Assembly (NCBI GenBank): GCA_947627235.1
Contig: CANQVG010000009.1
Location: 2,376 to 66,375, forward strand
Length of the DNA: 64,000 bases
From: an uncultured Clostridia bacterium
GTDB taxonomy: Bacteria; Bacillota; Clostridia; Oscillospirales; Ruminococcaceae
Direction: 5' to 3'
In this document: piece by piece, positions 42,527 through 50,397 of the stretch
How the letters are laid out: each line of letters opens with the position of its first letter
Numbering within the stretch: the stretch's first letter is position 1
Notes under the pieces: model-generated
Seen by the model: the letters and a program-made list of their open reading frames with translations, nothing else
What the model was told of the DNA's origin: nothing
Databases searched by the model: none
Program-made: the position numbers and the translations under genes

Positions 42527-43969
42527 TCAGCTTGTAGTGTAATTCTCGTCCGAAATCTTGATTTCAAACCAGAAGGTCGAACCTTTGTTGACCTCCGACT
42601 GAACCCCGAAGCGCATACCGTGGAGCCGAAGGATTTCCTTGACTATGGACAGTCCGAGTCCCGTGCCGGTGACGTCGCGCTTGGTTCGCTCGTCACGGTA
42701 GTAGCGGTCGAAGACGAGTGGCAGCTTTTCTTTTTCAATCCCCACGCCGAAATCAATCACCTCAATTCTCACGGTTTGTTCGAGGTTGCGCTGACGGATT
42801 ATGATTCTGCGGGAGTCGCCCGAGTAGTTTACGGCGTTGTCGATGAAGTTTCGCAGCACCTGTTCGAGGCGCTGTTCGTCTCCGATGCAGAGAACGTCGG
42901 CGTCATGCTCGATTTCAAACTCGTATCCCTCACGCTCGGACAGAACCTGATACCGCGAAACGGTGTCGTCTATGAAATCGTTGACCGAAAACTGCGTCCG
43001 CTTAAGCTCGATGCTTCCGTTCTGGAGCTTTGAAAGCTCAAGCAGGTTGCTCACAAGAGCCGAGAGCCTGTCGGTCTCGTCGATAATTACCTTGAGGTGG
43101 GCGCTGCGCTTTTCGGGGTTGTCGCCCGATAGATCGCGAATCATTTCGGCATAGGCTTTTATCATTGTGAGAGGGGTTCTCAGGTCGTGCGAGACGTTAG
43201 CTATGAGGTCGTTTCTTAAGGAATCTACCTTTGATATCTCCGAGCCGGCGTAATTGAGCGCGTCGGAAAGCTCATTTATCTCGGCATAGCTTCCGCCCTC
43301 AAAGTGAGTGGTATAGTCGCCCGAGGCAAGACGCTCGGCTGCTGCCGTGATGTGTTTGAACGGCCGCGAAAGGCGGTTTGACAGCAGGAACGTTATGAAA
43401 AGCCCGAGGAAGAAGGTTATCAGAGAGATGAAGACAAGCTGTTCCTTTATTACCTCCGCAACGGGGCCTATCGGTTCCAAGGATGTATTTATGAAGACAA
43501 GGTAGTCATCCTTGAGCCTGCCGCCGTATACAAATTCTGTGGTGTGGAAACGCTCGTTGGTGGTGACGGACAGAAAATACCCCGTCTCGCTGGAGATGAC
43601 GTCCGAACGGAAATCGAAGAGCTTGTAGCCGTTGTAAGCGGTGAGAACCGAAAAGCCGCCCATAAAGTCTGCGGAAATTACGGGATTTCCGTTGAGGTCG
43701 GTCACGACTACCGTCATAGTATTGCTGTGGGCGAGGTCTTCAATCAGAGTGCGGTTTGAGAGCGGACGCTCGTCGTCAAATCCCGACGAAATTGCGGAGG
43801 CTATTCGGAATATCTTTGAGCGGGTAGTCGCCTCGTAGTACTTATCGAGAGTGAAGACCTGAAAGAACCACACAAGGCAGAGAATAACCACCGTGAAAAC
43901 GGCGAAATACACCCAGATTGTGGAGCGCAGGGTGAGTACTCTCCTTTTTTTGCTATCTGATGTTGTCAA
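42527..43969 (-). CDS. sensor histidine kinase (two TM, ~130-aa extracytoplasmic domain, HAMP, HisKA, HATPase)
   Basis: H-box VSHDLRTPLT, N-box FIDNAVNYS and G-box GTGLGLSIV. Confidence 0.9.
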   Translation of the reverse strand: MTTSDSKKRRVLTLRSTIWVYFAVFTVVILCLVWFFQVFTLDKYYEATTRSKIFRIASAISSGFDDERPLSNRTLIEDLAHSNTMTVVVTDLNGNPVISADFMGGFSVLTAYNGYKLFDFRSDVISSETGYFLSVTTNERFHTTEFVYGGRLKDDYLVFINTSLEPIGPVAEVIKEQLVFISLITFFLGLFITFLLSNRLSRPFKHITAAAERLASGDYTTHFEGGSYAEINELSDALNYAGSEISKVDSLRNDLIANVSHDLRTPLTMIKAYAEMIRDLSGDNPEKRSAHLKVIIDETDRLSALVSNLLELSKLQNGSIELKRTQFSVNDFIDDTVSRYQVLSEREGYEFEIEHDADVLCIGDEQRLEQVLRNFIDNAVNYSGDSRRIIIRQRNLEQTVRIEVIDFGVGIEKEKLPLVFDRYYRDERTKRDVTGTGLGLSIVKEILRLHGMRFGVQSEVNKGSTFWFEIKISDENYTTS

Positions 43970-44627
43970 ATTTATATCCCATTCCTCTCAGAGTTACAAT
44001 GAGGTCGCGGTAAGGACCGAGGCTGTTGCGCAGCATTTTGATGTGAGTGTCTACGGTGCGGTCGTCTCCGTAGAAGTCGAAGCCCCAGACCTCCTCAAGG
44101 AGCTTCTCGCGCGACATCGCGATGTTCATATTCTTTGCGAGGAAGAATAAAATGTCGTATTCTTTCGGGGTCATCTGAACCCGCTTGCCGTCGATGATTA
44201 CATCGCGTGCGGCGAAGTTTATCACAAGACCTTTGTAGGTGATGATATCTTCTACCGGTTCGCGGGAGTTTCTCTTGATGGCAACCTTGATTCTCGCCAT
44301 AAGTTCCTTCGGGGAAAATGGCTTGACCACATAGTCGTCTATCCCGACCTCAAAGCCGAAGAGCTTATCGTATTCCTCGCCGCGCGCCGAGAGCATAATA
44401 ACGGGAATGTTCTTGATTTTCTTTATCTCCTTGCAGGCAGAGTAGCCGTCAAGCTTGGGCATCATAATGTCGAGAATTATGCAGTCAAAGTCGTGATCGG
44501 CTCTCACCTTTTCGACGGCTTCCATTCCGTCCGCCGCCTCGACTACCTCGTAGCCCTCAAAAGCGGCGTATTCCTTTACGACTTCGCGAATCTTCGCCTC
44601 GTCGTCGACGATAAGTATTTTTGCCAT
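43953..44627 (-). CDS. OmpR-family response regulator
   Basis: Receiver domain (ILIVDDE...ILDIMMPKLDG) plus a winged-helix domain (LTPKEYDILFFL...RGMGYKF). It overlaps the kinase gene by 17 nt. Confidence 0.92.
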   Translation of the reverse strand: MAKILIVDDEAKIREVVKEYAAFEGYEVVEAADGMEAVEKVRADHDFDCIILDIMMPKLDGYSACKEIKKIKNIPVIMLSARGEEYDKLFGFEVGIDDYVVKPFSPKELMARIKVAIKRNSREPVEDIITYKGLVINFAARDVIIDGKRVQMTPKEYDILFFLAKNMNIAMSREKLLEEVWGFDFYGDDRTVDTHIKMLRNSLGPYRDLIVTLRGMGYKFDNIR

Positions 44628-44742
44628 AACAAATCCCTCCGAATATGTTTTCCATAACTCTATTATATATCAAAATCGGGCGGTAAGTGTGTCCGAATTA
44701 TGAAATTTTGCAGAATTATTGGCGTATTGCCGCTGATAACGG

Positions 44743-44771
44743 TTGAAAAATCCGTCGGCAAATGTTAAAAT
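44743..44771 (+). promoter_or_regulatory. candidate promoter of mtnN operon
   Basis: TTGAAA 44743-44748, a 17-nt spacer, then TAAAAT 44766-44771. Confidence 0.5.
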
Positions 44772-44804
44772 AAGTATAACAGCTTTGCGGAAAGGTATGA
44801 GAAA

Positions 44805-45491
44805 ATGAAAATCGGAATGATAGTAGCTATGGCGAGCGAGATTGAGGCGCTGCTTCTGAAAATAGGCGCGCCGCTCGGCGCTGAAAGCTTCGGCGGATAC
44901 GAGGTCAAGTCCTATCGCATAGGCAAAAACGAGCTTTACGTCGTAAAAAGCGGCGTGGGGGAGATTTACGCCGCCTCCGCCACGCAGATGCTCATAACGA
45001 AATACGGCGTCGGAATGATAGTCAATTTCGGAATCTGCGGCGGGCTTTCATACGATATGACTCTCACAAGAGCCGTCGTCGTCGAGAAAGTCGTTCACTA
45101 CGACTTCGATACCTCCGAGATCGACGGCTGGGAGGCAGGACGGTATCCGGATTACCCCGACGTGTATATTCCCGCTTCAAAGGAACTCGTCGATGCCGCA
45201 ATCGAGGCGGAGCCGTCGCTTACGGGAGTGATATGCGCTTCGGCGGACAAGTTTGTCGGTTCGCCGGAAAGAAAGCGAGAGCTTAACCGTCTCTACGGCG
45301 CCAAGATATGCGAAATGGAAGCCGCCGGTATACTTCTCACCGCCAACCGCGCGGGAGTTCCCGCGCTGCTCATAAAGGCGGTGTCGGACGGCGTGGACGC
45401 GGGAGCGGAGGAATTTGAAAAAACGGTGTCTGAGGCGGCGGAAAGCTGCGTCGGAGCGATGCTCAGGGCGCTTGAAAAAATAGGCGGGTGA
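44805..45491 (+). CDS. mtnN: 5'-methylthioadenosine/S-adenosylhomocysteine nucleosidase-like (PNP_UDP_1 family)
   Basis: 228 aa containing MKIGMIVAMASEIEAL, VKSGVGEIYAA and CEMEAAG. Confidence 0.78.
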   Translation: MKIGMIVAMASEIEALLLKIGAPLGAESFGGYEVKSYRIGKNELYVVKSGVGEIYAASATQMLITKYGVGMIVNFGICGGLSYDMTLTRAVVVEKVVHYDFDTSEIDGWEAGRYPDYPDVYIPASKELVDAAIEAEPSLTGVICASADKFVGSPERKRELNRLYGAKICEMEAAGILLTANRAGVPALLIKAVSDGVDAGAEEFEKTVSEAAESCVGAMLRALEKIGG

Positions 45492-45495
45492 GCGC

Positions 45496-45984
45496 GTGAC
45501 GCTGGGCTTTTCATATATCGGGCTGATATGGCTAATCGGACTGTTTGTCCCGAATATAATCTGGATAAAAAACAGACCGAATGGCTATGAGAACCTCCCT
45601 AAGGAGGACAGAACCCTTGGCATACTTGAGCGCATAGGCGAAGTCGGGGTTACGATGATATCGCCGATTTACCGCGAATTTAACCCGCAGGGCTTGAGCC
45701 CTTGGCTCGGGTGGCTAATAGCTTCGGCGGCGTGCATGATACTCTACGAGCTTTGGTGGGTACGCTATTTCAGGAGCGAAAGGCGGCTTGAAGACTTCTA
45801 TTCGAGCCTTTTCGGGATACCCGTCGCGGGGGCATCGCTTCCCGTCGCGGCGTTCGCGTTTCTGGCGATTTACGGCAGAAATACTCATCTTGCGCTCTTT
45901 GTCATCCCCTTGGCGATAGGTCATATAGGTATACATCTTAATCATTTGAAGGAAATAAAATCGGATAAAGAAAGCGAGGAATAA
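45496..45984 (+). CDS. polytopic membrane protein, unknown function
   Basis: GTG start, 162 aa, about four TM segments. It sits 4 nt after mtnN and 2 nt before the next gene. Confidence 0.45.
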   Translation: MTLGFSYIGLIWLIGLFVPNIIWIKNRPNGYENLPKEDRTLGILERIGEVGVTMISPIYREFNPQGLSPWLGWLIASAACMILYELWWVRYFRSERRLEDFYSSLFGIPVAGASLPVAAFAFLAIYGRNTHLALFVIPLAIGHIGIHLNHLKEIKSDKESEE

Positions 45985-45986
45985 TT

Positions 45987-47552
45987 ATGACAACATTCGG
46001 CGAGCGCTTAAGAAAGGCGCGCAAGCGCAAGGGGCTTTCGCAGATGGACGTTTTTGACGCCCTCGGCATTTCAAATAAGTCGCTCTCGAGATACGAAAAC
46101 GGCGATACCGCTCCCAACCCCGAGACCTTAAAGCGTCTCATCAGGCTTTACGACGTTTCAAGCGAGTACATTCTCGGGCTGACCGCCGAAATGGGTCACT
46201 CGGCGGACAACGCGTCTTCGGACGGCGAAAATCTCATAGATATGACCGACAACCGTTCGAGCGCCGAAAAACTCACGGCGTTTATAGCCGCCTCTCCGAC
46301 GCCGTTCCACGCGGTCGACAATATCGTCCGCAAGCTCTCTAACGAGGGATTTACGCAGCTTGGCGAGTGGGAGGACTGGCAGGTATTGCCGGGCGGGAAG
46401 TATTTTGTCACGCGAAACGGTTCGGCAGTATTGGCTTTTAAGGTGGGCGAGGGCGATCCGCAGGGGTTCAACATTTACGCCGCTCACTGCGACAGCCCCA
46501 CATTCAAGCTCAAGCCCGACGCCGAGTTGGAGACCCTCGGACGCTATATCCGCCTCAACACCGAGGCTTACGGCGGCGGGATAATGTCGTCGTGGCTTGA
46601 CAGACCGCTTTCGATTGCGGGCAGAGTGGCGGTTTCGATTCCCGGAGGGGTGAAGACCCAGCTTGTCTGCCTTGAAAATACGACAGTCGTGATTCCGAAT
46701 GTCGCGATTCATATGCAAAAGGGCGTGAACGACGGCTTTGCATTTAATCCGCAGGTCGACACAATTCCGCTTTTCGGCTCGGAAAAATCAAAGGGGACGC
46801 TTATTCGGAGCGTTGCCGCGGCGGCGGGCGTCCACGAGAAGGACGTCCTTGGGGCTGACCTCTATCTTTACAACAAGACCGCAGGAACGGTCTGGGGCGT
46901 TGACGGAGAGTATGTCTCGTCACCGAGGCTCGACGATTTGCAGTGCGCCTACGCCGGCTTGCAGGGATTTTTGCCGGGCGGCAGCCGCGACACCGTCTCG
47001 CTCCTCGCGATATTTGACAACGAGGAGGTCGGCAGCAGGACGATTCAGGGAGCGGATTCCGACTTTTTGACGACTTCTGTGGAGCGCATCTGTTCGGCTC
47101 TCGGAAAGAGCAAGGCGCAGATGCTTTCACAAAGCTTTGCGATATCGGCGGACAACGCCCACGCCGTCCACCCGAACCACCCCGAATACGCCGACCCCGT
47201 AAACCGTCCGTTTATGAACGGCGGGATAGTTCTGAAATTCAACGCACGGCAATCCTACGCGACCGACGCCGTGTCGGCGGCGATATTCAGGCGCATCTGC
47301 GCGGCTGTGGGGGTTCCGGTGCAGACCTTTGCCAACCGTTCCGACAAGCCGGGCGGCGGCACCCTCGGCAATATTTCGGCGACGCGTCTTTCGGTGCCGA
47401 CCGCGGATATAGGTCTTGCGCAGCTCGCGATGCATTCGAGCTACGAGACGGCAGGCTCGATGGATACTCTTTATCTTGAGCGCGCGGCTGCGGAGTTCTT
47501 CCGCACGAAGATTACCCGCACCTCCGACGGCGGGTACGCTCTCGAAGCGTAA
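45987..47552 (+). CDS. fusion of an XRE-type HTH domain to an M18-family (aspartyl) aminopeptidase
   Basis: Residues 1-65 are ERLRKARKRKGLSQMDVFDALGISNKSLSRYENGDTAPNPETLKRLIRLY. From ~residue 90 the sequence is M18-like: FIAASPTPFHAV, AAHCDSPTFKLKP, IFDNEEVGS and MHSSYE. Confidence 0.72.
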   Translation: MTTFGERLRKARKRKGLSQMDVFDALGISNKSLSRYENGDTAPNPETLKRLIRLYDVSSEYILGLTAEMGHSADNASSDGENLIDMTDNRSSAEKLTAFIAASPTPFHAVDNIVRKLSNEGFTQLGEWEDWQVLPGGKYFVTRNGSAVLAFKVGEGDPQGFNIYAAHCDSPTFKLKPDAELETLGRYIRLNTEAYGGGIMSSWLDRPLSIAGRVAVSIPGGVKTQLVCLENTTVVIPNVAIHMQKGVNDGFAFNPQVDTIPLFGSEKSKGTLIRSVAAAAGVHEKDVLGADLYLYNKTAGTVWGVDGEYVSSPRLDDLQCAYAGLQGFLPGGSRDTVSLLAIFDNEEVGSRTIQGADSDFLTTSVERICSALGKSKAQMLSQSFAISADNAHAVHPNHPEYADPVNRPFMNGGIVLKFNARQSYATDAVSAAIFRRICAAVGVPVQTFANRSDKPGGGTLGNISATRLSVPTADIGLAQLAMHSSYETAGSMDTLYLERAAAEFFRTKITRTSDGGYALEA

Positions 47553-47561
47553 TAAATACAG

Positions 47562-47587
47562 AAAAAGAGGGGCTTGACCCCTCTTTT
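47562..47587. terminator. bidirectional terminator
   Basis: aaaaagagggg-cttga-cccctctttt. Confidence 0.8.
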
Positions 47588-47615
47588 GTCATATTTTCTA
47601 TACTGTTCGTATAAT

Positions 47616-48242
47616 TCACACTACCGTGTGATAGGTTATACTGCAAGTATAATTACCGTTGTCAAAAGATATAATGAATTCCGTCGTCCAGTGTCCGTTT
47701 ATTTCGAGCGGCTGATCGGCTTTCGGTTCGATTACAAATCCGTCGATACTGCATGTATATGACCCGCTGCCGAGCGCTTCATACCATTCCTCGGCGGTCT
47801 TCAGGTCGGCGCCGGTTTTTTCGTTTTTGCTGCTTGCAAGAACCGTTTTCCCGTTCGAGTCGCTGATGGTATAGCTCAGCGGCTTTATTTTGCAGCCGTC
47901 AAGAATCATATTTGATTCGGGGTCGGTCTTTTCGACCGCAAGCTCGGGACCGCTCTCGTTAAAGCCGATGACGCTGACCTTAAAGTCGTCGGTCGCGTCG
48001 CCGACATATTCCTGACCGGTTACCGTGCCGAAGATGTTTTTGATGTCGATAAGCCCGCCGCCCGCCGCGACAGCCGTCGCCATAGCTCCGCACAGCGCTA
48101 TTGCAGCAGCCGCAATCGCGATTTTAGGCATCCTGCGGCTCTTTACTTCGGCTTTGTCTCTTGCCGAGGCGGTCTCCGCGACCGAGCCCTCGGAAATGTT
48201 GTCTATAGCTTTGCTAAGTATTTCTTTATTCATATTATACAC
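47616..48242 (-). CDS. single-pass membrane protein, anti-sigma-factor candidate
   Basis: 208 aa with a 13-nt overlap with the sigma gene. It has a short cytoplasmic N-terminus, one TM (IAIAAAAIALCGAMATAVAA) and a ~140-aa external domain. No zinc anti-sigma motif was seen. Confidence 0.35.
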   Translation of the reverse strand: MYNMNKEILSKAIDNISEGSVAETASARDKAEVKSRRMPKIAIAAAAIALCGAMATAVAAGGGLIDIKNIFGTVTGQEYVGDATDDFKVSVIGFNESGPELAVEKTDPESNMILDGCKIKPLSYTISDSNGKTVLASSKNEKTGADLKTAEEWYEALGSGSYTCSIDGFVIEPKADQPLEINGHWTTEFIISFDNGNYTCSITYHTVV

Positions 48243-48787
48243 TCCTTTTCAAGATAAGCTTTCAGACTCAGACGTGCGCGTCTGAGCAGGGTTTTCGCGT
48301 TCGTCACGCTGATTCCGAGATATTTCGCGACGGCTTTTACGGAGTCGCAGAAATAGTAGCGCCCCACGAACGCTTGCCGCTGTATGGGCGGTAGGGTCTG
48401 AAGCCAATCGTTTATCGCCGACGTGAGAAGCTCAAGCTCGACCTCGCGCTCTGGGGTATTGCCGTCGGAGAGGCTTATATCGAGTTCCTCAAGCGAAACG
48501 GAATACTCAGTTGACCTGCGTTTTTTGCGCGTGCGCTTTCTCAGCGCGTCCACCGCGCAGCGTCGGGTGAGCATAACAAGGTATGTGCGAAGATCGTCGG
48601 GTTTCCGGGGAGGAATCGAGTTCCAAGCCCGAAGAAGCACGTCGTTCAGACACTCCTCGCTGTCTTCAAAGTCGCCGAGAATATTATAGGCGGTCTTTTT
48701 GAGATAGCCGCCGTATTTTTGCCGTGCTTCCGACAGCGATGCTTCATCGCGCCGCAAAAACAGCTCCACTATTTGTCGGTCCTGCAT
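48230..48787 (-). CDS. ECF-type sigma-70 family factor
   Basis: Region 2 (DSEECLNDVLLRAWNSI) and region 4 (PIQRQAFVGRYYFCDSVKAVAKYLGISVTNAKTLLRRAR). The start is taken at the ATG at 48787. Confidence 0.8.
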   Translation of the reverse strand: MQDRQIVELFLRRDEASLSEARQKYGGYLKKTAYNILGDFEDSEECLNDVLLRAWNSIPPRKPDDLRTYLVMLTRRCAVDALRKRTRKKRRSTEYSVSLEELDISLSDGNTPEREVELELLTSAINDWLQTLPPIQRQAFVGRYYFCDSVKAVAKYLGISVTNAKTLLRRARLSLKAYLEKECII

Positions 48788-48987
48788 AAACATCTCCTAT
48801 CTTTTGATTTTTTCAGGCGCCTAACTTATATATCGTCAAAATCGCGAAAAAGTTGCACAGAAATAAATATTATCAGAAAGCAAAGCGAATGTAAAGTTTG
48901 GTTGCGCTCTTGAAAACCCGCGTTGATTGACACTTTGCCGCCCGGGTGGTAAAATCGGGTCAGAAAATCACAAAGGAGGTCATAATA

Positions 48988-49569
48988 ATGACTACATCGG
49001 AAAAGCTTCAGAAAATACGCCGCAGAGAGGGGCTCACTCAGGAGCAGTTCGCCGAAAAAATAGGCGTTTCGCGGCAGGCGCTCTCGAAGTGGGAGAGCGG
49101 CGATGCCCTGCCCGACGCCGTAAACCTTATGAGCATAAGCCGCATTTTTAACGTGAGCATCGACAGGCTCTTAAACGACTCCCTCGACCTCGACGAGCCC
49201 GCGCCCGACTCGGGTTGGAAGAAGAATCGGGAAAACAGTAAGAAGTTTATTCTAAGGATAGTCGGCGCGTTTATGATGATAAATCCGGCGTTTGTAATTC
49301 TGATCACGGCGGTCTACGCCTCGCTAACCAAGGCGACCTGGGTCGAAGATGTCGCGAGCGGAATGAGCGGAAACAGCTTTTTCGGTACTGTGGCAGACGG
49401 CGCAAGCGTGAGGATATATACCGGTCTGAAAGCGCTACTATATGAGTATAACCTTTGGTGGTTCTTCTGGCTGCTGATAGCGATCGCAGTTGCGGGAGCT
49501 GTGGTCTGCGCGCTCCCCGAAATAAAGAAGCTTTGGGGCAAAAGGAAAATATTGCGCGGGCGGAATTGA
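48988..49569 (+). CDS. XRE-family HTH protein with C-terminal transmembrane region
   Basis: The start is taken at MTTSEKLQKIRRREGLTQEQFAEKIGVSRQALSKWESG (GGAGG RBS). Hydrophobic segments occupy the C-terminal half. Confidence 0.7.
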   Translation: MTTSEKLQKIRRREGLTQEQFAEKIGVSRQALSKWESGDALPDAVNLMSISRIFNVSIDRLLNDSLDLDEPAPDSGWKKNRENSKKFILRIVGAFMMINPAFVILITAVYASLTKATWVEDVASGMSGNSFFGTVADGASVRIYTGLKALLYEYNLWWFFWLLIAIAVAGAVVCALPEIKKLWGKRKILRGRN

Positions 49570-49602
49570 CAAGCGCTGAAAAAAGTGATATTATAACTGC
49601 AC

Positions 49603-49686
49603 GCGGGTGTGGCGGAATTGGCAGACGCGCCAGATTTAGGTTCTGGTGGCAACCCCGTGCAGGTTCAAGTCCTGTCACCCGCACCA
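49603..49686 (+). tRNA. tRNA-Leu (anticodon UAG), CCA encoded
   Basis: Acceptor GCGGGTG/CACCCGC and D-arm GTGGCGGAATTGGCAGACGCGC. The anticodon stem-loop is CCAGA-TTTAGGT-TCTGG (TAG at 49637-49639). It has a long variable arm, the T-arm GCAGGTTCAAGTCCTGT, and ACCA. Confidence 0.93.
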
Positions 49687-49718
49687 AAATAAAAGCACCC
49701 AATGGGTGCTTTTATTTT
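49687..49718 (+). terminator. terminator after tRNA-Leu
   Basis: aaaataaaagcaccc-aat-gggtgcttttatttt. Confidence 0.8.
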
Positions 49719-49917
49719 GGCATGAGACAGATCGCGAAGCTGCACTCAAAGCGCTAACGAAGTTTGGAAAATCGCGAAATCAAAACAACATCAATGCTTT
49801 TATTTGTCACGAATGTACGAGCGCTTTGAATCATGGACGCGATTGCTTTCCCGTGAGACGACCGAGCCGATCTGGCATGGCGAGGGAAGTCGAACGGCTG
49901 AAAGCAACGCTTCCATT

Positions 49918-49945
49918 GAGGTTACAAGTCCTGTCACCCGCACCA
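49918..49945 (+). repeat. duplicated 3' end of tRNA-Leu (att-like direct repeat / tRNA fragment)
   Basis: gaggttacaagtcctgtcacccgcacca compared with gcaggttcaagtcctgtcacccgcacca at 49659-49686. No matching 5' acceptor strand lies upstream. Confidence 0.75.
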
Positions 49946-49980
49946 TTATCCCCAACACCCCAGTGGGGTGCTGGGGATAA
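49946..49980 (+). terminator. hairpin immediately after the tRNA fragment
   Basis: ttatccccaacacccca-gtg-gggtgctggggataa, a near-perfect stem of about 15 bp. Confidence 0.5.
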
Positions 49981-50029
49981 TCCAAGTGTAGAAAGGGTGA
50001 CTGCGGTTTCGCAAAAAGCCTGAAAAACG

Positions 50030-50251
50030 CCGCTTGAATTTCAAAGCGGTTAAAACGCAGGCAGTGTCGGGAAACCGCCAAGCCAAAAGCCTTTAGAGCT
50101 TTTGGCTTGTCACCACGCACCACGTCGCGGCAAGCCAAAAGGGCTTGCAGCTCCTTTTCCCCAAAACGCTTCGCTTTTCGGGGACCCCTATTTTTCTTTC
50201 CGTACTCTTCTCCCAGACGAAAACCCAAGAATCCGCATATGCGGATTTTTT
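50030..50251. repeat. cluster of five unrelated short hairpins (element C)
   Basis: Stems lie at 50030-50049, 50079-50109, 50130-50148, 50159-50183 (with a gcttcgc core) and 50230-50247 (plus a T-run). Confidence 0.5.
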
Positions 50252-50335
50252 CTTTGGTGTGCATAAACGCGATTATTTCTCCGTGAGCCAAGCCGCCGCG
50301 TTTTAAGGCTGCGCATAAATTGTGTTCCCGACTTC

Positions 50336-50365
50336 AAAAAGCATCGGTTATAACCGATGCTTTTT
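50336..50365. terminator. bidirectional terminator after the ABC exporter gene
   Basis: aaaaagcatcggtta-taaccgatgcttttt. Confidence 0.8.
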
Positions 50366-50397
50366 CTTTAACCGATTTTTTGCTCCACTGACTTAGT

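Noticed and set aside
44805-49569. Toxin-antitoxin or phage-defence module suggested by the XRE-type HTH genes
   Set aside because: No toxin-like, nuclease, ATPase/NTPase-defence, methylase or restriction partner is adjacent. One HTH is fused to a metabolic peptidase and the other is membrane-anchored next to a sigma factor.
49857-49945. Second full tRNA (Leu/Ser type II) gene ending at 49945
   Set aside because: Only the T-arm and acceptor 3' strand are present. The T-loop has an extra base and a mismatched stem. No complementary 5' acceptor strand (gcgggtg) or anticodon arm could be folded.
49304-50291. ORFs 49304-49702(-), 49455-49757(+), 49646-50023(+), 49800-50291(-)
   Set aside because: They overlap the tRNA-Leu gene, terminators and hairpin clusters. 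Their R/P/G-rich products have no start signals.
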